Under the pieces are notes generated by a model, which saw only the letters and a program-made list of their open reading frames with translations, made no database searches and was not told the origin of the DNA. Shown piece after piece: positions 37,891 to 50,850 of a stretch of DNA of 64,000 nt. Origin of the DNA: Octopus sinensis (lineage: Eukaryota); NCBI RefSeq assembly GCF_006345805.1, contig NC_043000.1, forward strand, positions 8,184,001 to 8,248,000, in the 5' to 3' direction. The number at the start of each line of letters is the position of its first letter. Within the stretch, counting starts at the first letter, position 1. Made by a program: the position numbers and the translations under genes.

Positions 37891-38324
37891 GTGACGGTGG
37901 GTGTTCGGAAACTATAGTTGCCAGAGTAAGAATGAGATGGAAAAGTTCAGGGTGCTATGATCATTACCAGCAACAAATATTTTCTCTTACAGAGTGAAGG
38001 GCAGATTGTAGGTTGTTTATGATGAGCATCCAACTGAAGAAATCATGCCAAAAATGGAACACAGAAGTGTAGTCCTTGACCTCTGCAGGAATAACTGACT
38101 CAAAGCAGCCCGTACCAGCAATCAAAAGCAGATGGAAGTGATGATGTCATCATTGTCATCGCTGTCATTGTTACCATCATCATTGTCATCATCACCATCA
38201 TCAATATCATCATCATAATGTAACAGTTGAGGTATAGAGACTAAAGGCTGAGTGGAGATATTTTATTTGCTTTTACAATTGCTGATATGGGATGATGTTC
38301 ATCACCACTTTAGCTTATAAAGGT

Positions 38325-38705
38325 GGAGGCGCAATGGCCCAGTGGTTAGGGCAGCGGACTCGCGGTCGTAGGATCGCAGTTTCGATTCCCAGACCGGGTG
38401 TTGTGAGTGTTTATTGAGCGAAAACACCTAAAGCTCCACGAGGGTCCGGCAGGGGATGGTGGTGATCCCTGCTGTACTCTTTCACCACAACTTTCTCTCA
38501 CTCTTACTTCCTGTTTCTGTTGTACCTGTATTTCAAATGGCTGGCCTTGTCACTCTCTGTGTCATGCTGAATATCCCCGAGAACTACGTTAAGGGTACAC
38601 GTGTCTGTGGAGTGCTCAGCCACTTGCACGTTAATTTAACGAGCAGGCTGTTCCGTTGATCGGATCAACCGGAACCCTCGTCGTCGTAACCGACGGAGTG
38701 CTTCC
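38325..38705 (+). mobile_element. SINE family C, full length and CpG-rich (young)
   Basis: tRNA-Arg-like head ggaggcgcaatggcccagtggttagggcagcggactcgcggtcg with B box GTTTCGATTCCC; 3' part recurs at 56060-56240. Confidence 0.88.
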
Positions 38706-39204
38706 ATTCCAGCTCATAAAGGCACCACACAATCAAGAGACATCTCACCAGAGAATAAGAATGCCATCCAAGTTCAAGTTTTACTCTTGAAAATGTTCTA
38801 CCCAAAACTTAACAAAGCAAAATAATTAAAACTACATACAAATGTTAAGATCCACAGGACATCACTATAAATGGGAGATTAGCTAAGATTTCACTAAAAT
38901 GATACATATAAATGTGTGTGTGTGTGTGTGTGTGTATCTAACTTTCAACAGACAGCTAGCCTATCATTTGTAAAACTTTCAGAAATTTCAGAGGAGTCTG
39001 TTCATGAGGTGTGTAGAATAAAGGGTTTTTATTTGAATGTAAAAGTAAATATCTGCTGTCCAGAAGGAACATTAACTATGAGTGATAAAGAGATATGATA
39101 CTAGATAAGAAGAACCGTAACATACTAACGGCATTGGTATTGATATTTTTAAACCTTAATGGGCATTATAGATGGACATTATTCATCATCATGACTAGAT
39201 AGAC

Positions 39205-39800
39205 ATTGTATGTATGTATGTATGTATGTATGTATGTAGTATGTATGTATGTATGTATGTATGTATGTATGTATGTATGTATGTATGCATGTATGTGTGT
39301 ATGTATGTATGTATGTATGTATGTGTGTATTATGTATGCATGTATGTATATATTATGTATGTATGTATGTGTATGTATGAATGTATGTATGTATGTATGT
39401 GTGTGTATGTATGTATGCATGTATGTATGTATTATGTATGCATGTATGTATATATTATGTATGTATGTATGTGTGTATGTATGTATGTATGTATGTATGT
39501 ATGTATGTATGTGTGTATGTATGTGTGTATGTATGTACTATATATATACGTATGTATGTATGTATGTATGTGCATGTATGTGTGTGTATGCATGTTTGCA
39601 TCTGTGTAAGTATGTATTTCCATATTTATGTGTGTGTATATTTGCATGTATGCATGAATGTATGTGTGTATGTGTATACGTGTGCATAAATGTATAGGTG
39701 CATACATATATGTGTGTGTATATGCATATACATGTGTATGAATATATAGGCATATGTGAATATGTATGTGTGTATATACATGTGTGTATTATATGCGTAT
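39205..39800. repeat. Long degenerate (TATG)n/(TG)n tract
   Basis: Directly visible. Confidence 0.95.
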
Positions 39801-40108
39801 ATGTGCATGTTTAAGGGAATGTATGAACACATAAAAACAATTTTGTATATAAGTATATCCTTTTCCGCATATAAGTATTTGTATATGTGTTTAAGTATTT
39901 TCAGGTGTGTATATAGTAGATACATAAATTATGAGGAGAAATAAATAGTTTACTCTCTGACATACACACATATATATACACACACTCACACAGGCACACA
40001 CACGCCCACAAACTCATATACATATTATATGTATATGTATATAGATATATATATATATATGCATGCATGTATGTATGTATACATATGTGTGTGTATGTAT
40101 GCAGATGA

Positions 40109-40152
<44 letters not shown>

Positions 40153-41549
40153 GTGTGTGTGTGTGCTTGTGATTGTATGTGTGTGTATCTGTCTAACAAT
40201 CCATCTATTAATATATTTATATGTACATCTGTCTGTCTCTATATAGACACACACACACACACACACACACACACCACACACATGCTGTGGTGGGAAAACT
40301 GATAAAAACTGTATGATGTTAGTAACTCTGATATCATTTTTATTTCCATATATCTTTTGTTCTGATCAGTTTTTGGCAACATGGTTCAGTTATGACCTTC
40401 TTCACAATTCCTCTAGCTTTGTAAAGATAGCACATTCTTTTCAAAGTGTTTCACTCCAAAATAATTCTATACTATAATTAGATGCAATGTCTATAATAGT
40501 TAAAATTTTTATACATGTTATTTATATATTATTAATCACAGCCTGTTAGTTTCTATAATTTATGGAGACATAAGAACAGGAATCTCAGTTTTTTTTCCAA
40601 CTGTCACCAAGTTACAATAACTATATTTATGAATAAGTGAGAGTGCATGGCTTAGTGGTTAGAGTGTTGTGCTAATGATTCTGAGATCAGGGTTTCAATC
40701 TCTGCGCCGAGTGTTAAGTTGTGTTATTGAGAGCAAAACACTTCATCTCACATTACGCTGCAATCATTTGATGCAGGCTACACTGTGCACCTATTTGATT
40801 TGATGTAGTGAGTGAGTAAGCTAATGTACAACATGTACATTTGATCACTGTAGACAAATCATTTGCGCATGGCGTTCAGCAAAACCAAACACTCATGTAT
40901 CATTTTTGTTGGGGATTCCATCATTTATGAATGAGACAGTTTTTTTTATTCTGCTATTCTTAAGCATGAATGACTCCCAGTCTGAGATTATGACGTTCAC
41001 CTTTTATGCTAGAAAATTTGCACCTTAATTTCCTTCACTTCACAGATATTGAACATATCAGATAATGTAATTCTAGATAAAGAATGTATGAAAAGCCTTT
41101 CTCATAGAGCTGACCTGCATTTAGACATCTACACATACATACCCTGCTGACACACACTCACACACATGCACAATACTGAAACCTTCAAACCTGTGACATA
41201 CAAAACGTCACAATTTTTGGTGAGCTTTCACAAGGATGTTGCATGTATAACGTTGCTGAAACTCACCCCAGAATATAGGTCTCCTATTCAGGGACAGGAA
41301 ATACTTCAGCTATGATCAGTTCACGACTGTTTACAAAGATCAGGTGTGATTTACATTCAAGTACTTCTCATATATCTGGGGAGGCAGGGATGCTACTACT
41401 GTTACACATATAAATGTTTCTAACTAGGGCCCTGAAAATATATAAAATATCTGAATACTGAATACACTTAACCCTTCAGCATTCAGAACACTTTGTCAAA
41501 TGTATTGCTTATTGCATTGTTTTGAATTAATCACGTATGATCTTGTACA

Positions 41550-41755
41550 ATGAGGGGGTGGGGCTGAAAAGTTCCCGGCTTAGAGTAAAAGAAAATACAA
41601 GAGGATCAGTTAATTATGATTTTATCTAAAATATTCCCCTCAGATTCACATACTTCAGTTTTTCTATGCCCTTTAAAAGAAATTTGGAAGGCAGGGCCCC
41701 TAACCAGGCCTTTCATGCCACCCTTTAAGCCAGAAACTTTGCAGCAACCTCTCAT
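41550..41755 (-). mobile_element. Mariner-derived MITE
   Basis: Imperfect TIRs GAGGGGG..GCTGAAAAGTTCCCGGCTT / AAGCCAGAAACTTTGCAGCAACCTCTC. Confidence 0.75.
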
Positions 41756-41814
41756 ATAATATATATGCAGATATATATATATATAATATATATATATACA
41801 TTTTCAAAATGTAA

Positions 41815-42485
41815 CCACATTCATATTGATGTACAGGTACCATTTTTCATTCCTATTAATGATTCGCTATCGTTGCTTGTGTCCATGAGTTGAGCGGTGA
41901 TGAGCAAGCAAACCAGCGGGGATTGTGGTTCGTTGATTTTTGTTGTTGTCACTTAAAGGATGCGGAACCCATGCTCTGTACTTTTGAATCTTTCCCTTCG
42001 AGTGAAGATGCTTCTCTATAGCAGTGTGGGAGCATTCTATTTTCTCTACCAGTTCTTTTGTCATTTGACGAGAAGTTGGTTTAATCGCTCTTCATCGAAC
42101 TCAACTGAACGGTCAGAATGAGTGCGTCTTTGAGGTCAAAATTTCCATTTTTGAACTTGGCCTACCAATCACAAGCAGTTTTTGCAGCTATGGCACCCTC
42201 TCCTTACACAGCACAAATGTTGTGAGCAGCTTTTGCGGCCTTAGAACCTTGATTAAAAGCAAAAAGAAGGAGGTGTCGAAATGCTTGTTTTTCTTAATTT
42301 GACATTCCATTTTAATGATCTGAAAATAAACAAAAATTAATTAAAATTAACTAGAAAAAACAAAAACAAAATAGATTCCAAAGTGATTCAAAAATAGAAT
42401 TCTCGAAAAAATAGATTCCAAAATTTAAGGAAGCAATAAATACCAGAATTTTAAAAAAACGGCAGGAACTTAGTTGCCAACCCAG
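41815..42485 (-). mobile_element. Mariner transposon 5' half (TIR plus transposase pseudogene)
   Basis: TA|CTGGGTTGGCAACTAAG terminus; ATG at 42310 giving MECQIKKNKHF-RHLLLFAFNQGSKAAKAA..., WVPHPL and RIINRNEKWYLY, with stops and frameshifts. Confidence 0.88.
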
Positions 42486-42577
42486 TATATTTATTTCTAT
42501 ATGTATGTATATATATGTGTGTGTGAATGAGTGTGTGTGTGTGTAAATATATGTGCATGTATGTATTTATACATACA

Positions 42578-42956
42578 TCTTTCTATATATAAAGCTGAAG
42601 TTGTCTGTGTATGGCAAGTTTGGTAGCCTTCAACTAACATTCTCTCCTCCAAGACCCTGCAGTGCAAGTTAACCAAAATTGAGAGTATGATAGAAGGCTT
42701 GCTCTTCATTTCGTAGAAGAAAAAATTCAAATCGAATCATGTTAACACCAAAAATTATTTACATCAAAAAGGTGCTTTTTTTCTATGAAAATCCCTATTT
42801 TTTACGATTTTTTTACTACTGTGTCGCCATTTTTCGGTGTATTTCAACCAGAAAAATGTTCACTTAAAGAGAATAACAAGCTACATAATGCAAAGTTTTT
42901 ACTTTTCAAAAATTCCAATTCTAAAGGGTTGAAACAAACCTGAGCGATACTGCTAG
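42578..42956 (+). mobile_element. Non-autonomous Helitron-like element
   Basis: A|TC...CTAG|T termini with a TCTATATATAAAG start and no TIR. Confidence 0.55.
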
Positions 42957-43400
42957 TATATATAAAAAGGACCATTGCCAGTGATACCTGTCACTCTCAC
43001 TCAATGTAATTGATTCCAAGAGTGTGAGAGTGGGACAGAAAAATTAGCTCTTATACTTGGCTGGTTCTTTATTTATTGGCCCCCACAAGGATGAAAAGGG
43101 AAGTTGATCTATATAAGATTTGAAACCCAAGTGCAAAGAGCCAGAAAATAACTGCAGGGTATTTTTCCAATGCTCAAACAATTCTGTCAGTTTCCAGTTG
43201 TTGGTTCAATTTACACCTGACTAACCTATTATCCATATCCAGCCTAATTTAACAGACATTAAAGATTCTCTTTACATCAAATACCAAACTAGAATTAAGT
43301 ATTCATATACTGCAGAATAAAACTTAGGTGAGCTGCATATCTATGACTGATTATAAGCAAATTTTTTCTGTGCAAAATATATGTATATAGCCATATGATG

Positions 43401-43435
<35 letters not shown>

Positions 43436-43469
43436 TACAATATATACATATATATAATATATATATATA

Positions 43470-43682
43470 CCGGAGTAAACACATAAATGTGAAACAAGGT
43501 GGAAAAAAGAGTACTCAAATACCAGTGGTAGAGTAATATGCTTTATTTAAAGCAGCAGAAAATTCAACAAAACCTGTTACTCTGAGTTTCACGTTCCCGT
43601 TCGTCGGACAGTTTTTGCTAGTCCAACGAACGGGAACGTGAAACTCAGAGTAACAGGTTTTGTTGAATTTTCTGCTGCTTTA

Positions 43683-43687
<5 letters not shown>
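43470..43687. mobile_element. Penelope-like terminal-repeat fragment with inverted partial duplication
   Basis: 67-bp arms (43543-43609 and 43621-43687), one mismatch, 11-nt loop; each arm carries a hammerhead motif. Confidence 0.7.
43569..43616 (-). ncRNA. Minimal type I hammerhead ribozyme motif, CCGACGA core variant
   Basis: CTGT-CCGACGA-ACG(GGAA)CGT-GAA-ACTC(A)GAGT-A-ACAG: all three helices pair; predicted cut after GUA (43578). Confidence 0.7.
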
Positions 43688-43722
<35 letters not shown>

Positions 43723-43758
43723 TATATATATAATACACACACACACACACACACACAC

Positions 43759-43824
<66 letters not shown>

Positions 43825-44158
43825 TATAATATCTGAAAGCTGCTACAATATGCAGGGAAATGCATTATGACCAGCGGTGTATGATGACATCAGACAATGA
43901 TATATAAATATATGTGTGTGTGTGTGTGTGTGCGTGTGTGAGTGTGTGCGCGTGCAAATGTGTGTGTGTATGGCTTGAAGTGGGTAAAACTTCAAAGTCA
44001 CTGTCAACAACATTCTTGTATATGAATGATTAGTTTGTACTCTATAAAAGTACAGAGTAATCCAACAGACTGATGTAAAATTGTTATTGTTATCACTGAA
44101 CATTAATTGATATACATACATACACACACACACACACACATATATACATATGCATACA

Positions 44159-44216
<58 letters not shown>

Positions 44217-45229
44217 TATACACATGTGTATATGCATATATATATACACACACATACCCACATACACACATACATACATACATACATACATACATACACA
44301 CACATACATACATATATACACTGATATCTACTTGCAATTCTAGACAATTACTCCCTTTAAAAATAACTTAGTGTTTGAGAGTTGAAAGATGAACTTGTAC
44401 TGTAGATTCTATCTTTTAGTCTTATCTTGTTTTCAGTTTCTTACAGTTGACAATACAGCTGTCGTTTTATCAAACTCACAGACATCATTTTACCATCTGT
44501 GGTGCAGTTTTAGCAACATGAAAAAAAAAAAAACCATCAAGTAAAGAAGACTTTTTAAGACAGCTTTTTTTAGGTTAATATCTATTCTACAGATAATCTA
44601 GGTCATATATGTTGGTACAGGATCTAACAGTGAAGCCGGATGGCTTTTAAATTAATACAGAATTGGCAACTATAGGATATTATCAAGTTTTATTGTCTAA
44701 ATGTACATCATGAAATATTCAGACACTAATGATTGATAATGAATTTTGAATAGTAATAATAATAATAATAATAATGATAATCATTATTATTATTATTATT
44801 TTATGGTTTAGGGGAAGAAAGGGAGCACCCATGTCTTTCTTTGCATAGAGATTGGTGGGCGGGAAAGGAAGGAAGAAATTTTGACTCTTGGCTTACTGCA
44901 GTTAAAAACTTATGCTAATTGTGTTAGAGCTGATGTAGACATGAGCAAAAATAGACAACCACTCAGCCCTCCCACACTTGACCCAGCAGAGCATCGACTA
45001 TGTGATACGTTGAGAGAGAGACAGAGGAGGAGGTGGAGGACTGCACCAGCACTTGGCTGGCACATTTATACAAGTGTTACATCTTTTATCTTTTACTTGT
45101 CTCAATCACTGGACTGTGGCCATGCTGGGGCTTTGAAGAGTTTTAGATTGAACAGATTGATCCCACCATCATCATCATCAACATCCATTTTCCACGCTGG
45201 CATGGGTTGGATGCTTTGATTGGTAAGGC

Positions 45230-45660
45230 CAGCAGCAGCAGCAGGCTCCGTTGTCTGTTCTGGCATGCTTCCTACAGCTCAATCATCATCATCATCCAGT
45301 GTTTTAAATCCAGGTTTTGCCCCTTTAACGGGGCTGGCTGGAGCTACCTCAATGCCATAGCAACCACGCTCACACCATCTTGCCTAGCTTTAGGAATGTC
45401 CTTCCTAATGCTGACCACTTCATAGAGGGTACTGGGTGCCCTTAATGTGGCACCAACACAAGTGCTTTTTATGTGGCACCACATTGGTATCAGTCCTGTT
45501 GTGGAGGATGTGTCTTCTTGAGTACAGCAAGTCATCTCATTCCTTTGTCATCTCCTTTATAAGGCTCAGTGTCTTGAGATCAGCCTTCAGTACTTCATCC
45601 CCTGTCTTCCTGGGTCTCCCTCTTACATGAGTTTCATCCACTTTAAGCAATCAACACTGC
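45230..45660 (-). mobile_element. RTE-clade LINE 3' end plus family-D-like 3' UTR
   Basis: GRPRKTGDEVLKADLKTLSLIKEMTK, typical of the RTE C-terminus, followed by sequence related to family D. Confidence 0.65.
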
Positions 45661-46133
45661 TGTATGTTATGTTTAAGAGTGGTCCTTTTGTAAGAATGGA
45701 ACTAGATTCAACAGAGCATCGATTATGTGGTAGCTTGAGAGAAAGAGAGGACTGCTACAAAACTTGACTGGCACTCTCTTTATCAGCTACCAAAGAATCA
45801 AAGGCAACGGATTAATTCATCCAAGAACAGATAAGATTCCATCCAATAAGCTTCTTCTTAGTTTTGCTGCTGGATATTATTTGCATAATTATTTATACAA
45901 TGGTTGTATCTTTCACTTGTTTCAGTCACTGGATTGTGGCCATGTTGGGGCACTGCTTTGAAGAGTTTTAGGTGAACAGATTGACACTAATACTTACATT
46001 TTTAAGGCTAGCACTTATTGTAAGAGTTTCTTTTCCTGAACTACTGAGTTATGGGGACATAAACAAACCAACTCTAGTTGGCAAGTGGTGAGCTGGGGAG
46101 ATAAGCACAAGCATAAAGGCATTCATACACATG

Positions 46134-46560
46134 TAGGCACAGGAGTGGCTGTGTGGTAAGTAGCTTGCTTCCCATCCACATGGTTCCAGGTTCAGTCCCA
46201 CTGCATGGCACCTTGTGCAAGTGTCTTTTATTATAGCCTTAAGCTGGCCAAAACCTTGTGATTGGATTTGGTAGGCGGACACTGAAAGAATCCCGTCATA
46301 TATATATATGTGTGTGTATGTGTATGTGTGTGTGTGTGTGTATTTGTGTCTATGTTTTTCCACCACCACCTGATAACTGCTGCTGGTTTTCTTTTGTCCC
46401 TGTAAATTAGCAGCTCAGCAAAAGAGACCTACAGAATAAGTACCGGGCTTAAAAAGATTAGTACTGGGGTCGATCCATTCAGCTAAAAGTTCTGCAGTGC
46501 AGTGCAGTGCCCCAGCATGGCCACAGTCTAATGATTGAAACATACGAGAGATAAGAGATA
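46134..46560 (+). mobile_element. SINE family A, diverged
   Basis: Head-to-tail match. Confidence 0.8.
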
Positions 46561-47339
46561 AAAATATGATGAAACTCATGAAACTGGTCTTTCCTTTGCC
46601 AATAATTGAGACTAACATACCGTAATGAGTCAAAAAATTTTTATTAACTAAAATGATACTATAATGAGGAGAAAACATCATTAACTTTAATTATTAACCC
46701 TTTTAACACTAAACCACTCCTGGTTCAGTGATGCAAACCTTTCAGTTTAAACTGAACTAAATTAAAACCTTCCATCAAATTTTCATCGTTAAATTATGCT
46801 TTTAAACACCAGCTTAATAATGAACATATTTTATAAAATGTTTCATTATTTTCGAAATTAGTTGGAACAAAGCCAGGGTAGTTCAGCAAGAATATGGCAA
46901 CAGATAAGTTAATTACTAATTAATGATTAGCCTTTGGTCAAAAGGCAATTTGACAATCCCCTAAAACCGAGATTAATAAAAAACAGAATAGAGGGAATAT
47001 ATCTGATCTTAAGTGAAATTTTTATATCTCTCAGTTATTTTGTCATAACTGACAAGGGTCAACCACTCAAAATTTTAAAGTTTTTTTAATTATCTAGAAG
47101 TTGATAAGCAGTAGTAAGGCTATGTGTCACTGATGAGGCCTAATAAGAGTGAAATATACATAGAGTTGTATATAAGTAAGCATAAATAGATAGATAAGGA
47201 GAAAGAAAGAGAAAGAAAAAGTTAGGATAAGCAAGAGAATATTACTTCCTGTGTCTCAGAAGAAATTACACAGGATCAAATCAAAATATATGAAGAAATT
47301 CAATTTGATTAGAGGCCAGACCAATCAATACTAAGTTTG

Positions 47340-47514
47340 TCTGGGATACCCAGACATTGAATTGTTGTTGTTGCTGATGGTGGTGGTGGTGGTGGTGGTA
47401 GTGGGTGGTGCAGATGGTGTTGTTGCTGGTAATGGTAGTGGTGGTGGTGATAGTGGTGGTAGTGGCAGTGGCAATGGTGTTGGTGGTGTTGGTGGTGGTG
47501 GTGATGATGATGGT

Positions 47515-47545
<31 letters not shown>

Positions 47546-48700
47546 CTGCTGCTGATGGTGACGATAATGATGATGAGGAGGATGATCATCATCATTATGC
47601 TGTTGGCTAAAACTGATGATGATGATTATAGTAGCAATGTTGATGATGATGGTAAACATAGAGCTGGTGGTTTTTTTGGTCATGGTAGTTATTGTTGTGG
47701 TGGTGGTAGTGGTGGTCGTGGCAGTGGTGGTCGTGGCAGTGGTGGTGGAGTCGGCAGTGACGAAACGACAATCTATGTTAAGATGATAAAAAAAATGTGA
47801 ATTATTTTTAAAACGATAAGAAGAATCTAAATACAATATTCAAGATTTGTAACAATATTTCGGGTGTTTTTAATTCCTAGTTCATTTATTCTTTTATAAC
47901 AAACGATTCGCTGCAAAAAGCCTGTAACAAAGATTGTAATTTTAAGAGAGCAGAAAAATAAAGTCCATTCCATATTAAAGGCTTAAGCAAAATATGATAC
48001 TAAGATTTAGATTTAAAGCTGCAATTTGGAATTACCAATTTTAACAGAATATCTTAAAAAGTATTTAGGTGTATTTAGTCGTTAACAACAGCAACAATAC
48101 CAACAAGATTCCTAGAATTGATAGGACAATTAGAATTACTATGTTTTATTGATTAAGTTACTATGGCTTTCCAGAAAATATTTGCTTTTAATTTTTTGTC
48201 AAATATCCAAGAATTCTGCAGTTCTCCAGACTTGGAGAAAGAAGCACAAAATTATGGCAAGTCTAAATTGATAATGATGATGACAGTGATGATGATGGTG
48301 GTGGTGGTGGTGGTGGTGTGGTGGTGGTGGTGGTGGTGGTGGTGGTGGTGGTGGTGGTGGTGGTGGTGGTGGTGGTAGTGGTGTTGATAATGATGGTGGT
48401 GGTGATGAAGATAATGGATGATGGGGAGGAGAAGAAAGACAAGGTGGAGTAGATGCTTTTATGATGGTCATGGAAGGAATTGTGAGAAATCAAGAGACTC
48501 AGAATGGAAACGATTATGGTGGTAGTGGCTGTGGTGGTGGTGGTGGTGGTGGTGGTGGTAGGGGTGGATGTTGCGATGTTGGCTGTAGTGGTGTTGGTTT
48601 TAGTAGTGTTGGTTTTAGTGGTGTTGGCTTTAGTGGTGTCGGTTGTGGTTGTGGTGGTTGTCATTCCCCATCATGTTGGTAGAGGTAGCAGCAGCAGCAG
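47340..48700. repeat. Two (GGT)n/(GAT)n cryptic trinucleotide blocks (47340-47760 and 48270-48700)
   Basis: Directly visible; explains the poly-G/V/W/T/H/P ORFs. Confidence 0.9.
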
Positions 48701-48864
48701 CCATGCCATCCCTGCTGCAAGATACCAATAACAATAATTCCATGAATGTGTGCTTTAGAAGTTCAGTGTACAACAAAGTGGATTCAGGTTCAATCTGACT
48801 GGACAAGTGTCTCCTTTTATAGCCTTATGTTGACCAAAGCCTTGTGAATGAAAACTTGTGTACA

Positions 48865-49224
48865 TACATATTCTTTTATTCTTTTACTTGTTTCAGTCAT
48901 TTGACTGTGACCATGCTGGAGCAGCACCTTTAGTCGAACAAACTGACCCTGGGACTTATTCTTTGTAAGCCTAGTACTTATTCTATCCGTCTCTTTTGCT
49001 GAACAGCTAAGTTATGCGGATATAAGCACACCAAGATCGGTTGTCAAGTGATGGTGGGGGACAAACACAGACACAAAAATACATACGTACATATATACAT
49101 ATGACAGGCTTCTTTCAGTTTCCAGACACCAAACCCACTCACAAGGCTTTAGCTAGCCTGAGAATATAGTAGATAACACTTGCCCAAGGTACCACACAGT
49201 GAAACTGAATCTGGAACCATGTCA

Positions 49225-49225
<1 letters not shown>
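48865..49225 (-). mobile_element. SINE family A
   Basis: Reverse match. Confidence 0.85.
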
Positions 49226-49257
<32 letters not shown>

Positions 49258-49358
49258 CGTTCTTATTCCATTTTGGGGGTTTATAAACATATAGTGGCAT
49301 ATGTACACTTTTTGCTCACCTTGTAAGTATGTTTCCTAACTAATAGAATCTCAGAAGT

Positions 49359-49578
49359 AATGATTACTCAATGAGAGGTACTCCACTAGGCATTCATCAG
49401 GGTGAGGATATCTTAATTAAATGAAGGTTACATTGTTGTCAAGGGATCCCATGTTAATTTTCAGATTTGGTCAATTAAATCTCCTGTAAGTTAACATAGG
49501 ATCCCTTGATACTAAGGATACTATACTATCTTCAGTCTGATGAGTAGCAAGTGGAGTACCCCTCATTGAGTAATTATT
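49359..49578. mobile_element. Fold-back (palindromic) MITE-like element
   Basis: ATTACTCAATGAGAGGTACTCCACT pairs with AGTGGAGTACCCCTCATTGAGTAAT; a second inner stem TCAAGGGATCCCATGTTAA pairs with TTAACATAGGATCCCTTGA. Confidence 0.7.
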
Positions 49579-49584
49579 TATTTC

Positions 49585-49835
49585 AGTTGTCAAGCGATGT
49601 TGGGGGAACAAACACAGACACACAAAAAAATACACACACATACATATGTATATGTATATGTACATATATATGACAGGCTTCTTTCAGTTTCCGTCTACCA
49701 AATCTACTCACAAGGCTTTGGTTGGCCCAAGGCTATAGTAGAAGAAATTTGCCCAAGGTGCCACACAGTGGGACTGAACCTGGAACCATGTTGTTCGTAA
49801 GCAAGCTACTTACCACACAGCCACTCCTGCGCCTA
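49585..49835 (-). mobile_element. SINE family A, 5' half
   Basis: Reverse match including the head. Confidence 0.85.
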
Positions 49836-50057
49836 TCTTCATATTTCATATCAACCCTGAGAATATTTGTTTTGCATGCCCAAAAACTCAACAGCTTTGT
49901 GTTTCGACATGCAAAGATATGGAATAAAGTACTTTACTCAAAAATAAGTAATGGTTAGCATTAGGAGGAATATCCAGCTGTAGAATAAAAACCATGAGGA
50001 TAATAAAGATGATATAGAAAGTCAAACAAACAACATAGAAACATAGTAAACAATTGG

Positions 50058-50850
50058 CACAGGTGTGGCTGTGTGGTAAGAAGTTTGCTTCTCACCTACA
50101 TGTTTCTGGGTTCAGACCTACTGTGTGACACCTTGGGCAAGAGTCTTCAACTTTAGCCCCAGCTCACTTTGTGAGTAGATTTGGCAGATGGAAACTGAAA
50201 GAAGTCCATCATGTATATGTATGTATGTATGTATCTATGTGTATATGTCTTTGTCTTTTGTATTTGTCCCCCACTGCCCTCCATTACTTGACAACCAGTG
50301 TTGTCACTTTAAAGGCAGGAAACGAAAGGAAAGGTCACGGTTTCACATTGTAGCGAAACTAGAGGTCGTTTTAAGTTTAATTGTAAAGTATAATCGTAAA
50401 GTTTAATTGTAAAGTTAATTGTAAAGTTTAATTGTAAAGTTAATTGTAAAGTTTAATTGTAAAGTTTAATTGTAAAGTTAATTGTAAAGTTTAATTGTAA
50501 AGGTATTCATGGTTCGTCTTGCAGCGGGGGGGGGGATGGCCATCTCATTTGCATCATAATTATGTTCATTTCCTTATCATTTTCCATTCGTCTTTATGTC
50601 CCCACATGTCAGTTGTACGTCCCCTCTGTATTCAGGCCTTGCACTTATGATAAACAGAAAAACCAGTGTTGGTTTGTTGATGTCTTCATAACTTAGCAGT
50701 TCAACAAAAGAAATTGATAGAATAAGTACCAAGCTCTAAAAATTAAGCACCAGTTCAATTCGTTCAATTAAGGCTTTTCAAGTTGGTGCCCCAGAATGGT
50801 CGCAGTCCAGTGACTGAAACAAGTGAAAGATACAAGATGAAAGATAAGAG
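50058..50850 (+). mobile_element. SINE family A interrupted by a 357-bp insert
   Basis: AACCAGTGTTG at 50293-50303 and 50661-50671 flanks non-SINE sequence. Confidence 0.75.
50368..50501. repeat. 13/12-bp minisatellite (GTAAAGTTTAATT / GTAAAGTTAATT), about 10 units
   Basis: Directly visible. Confidence 0.95.

Noticed and set aside
47130-47185. CTGATGAG...GAAA hammerhead-like string
   Set aside because: Helix II (ggcc/gagt) and helix I do not pair; at best a badly decayed relic.
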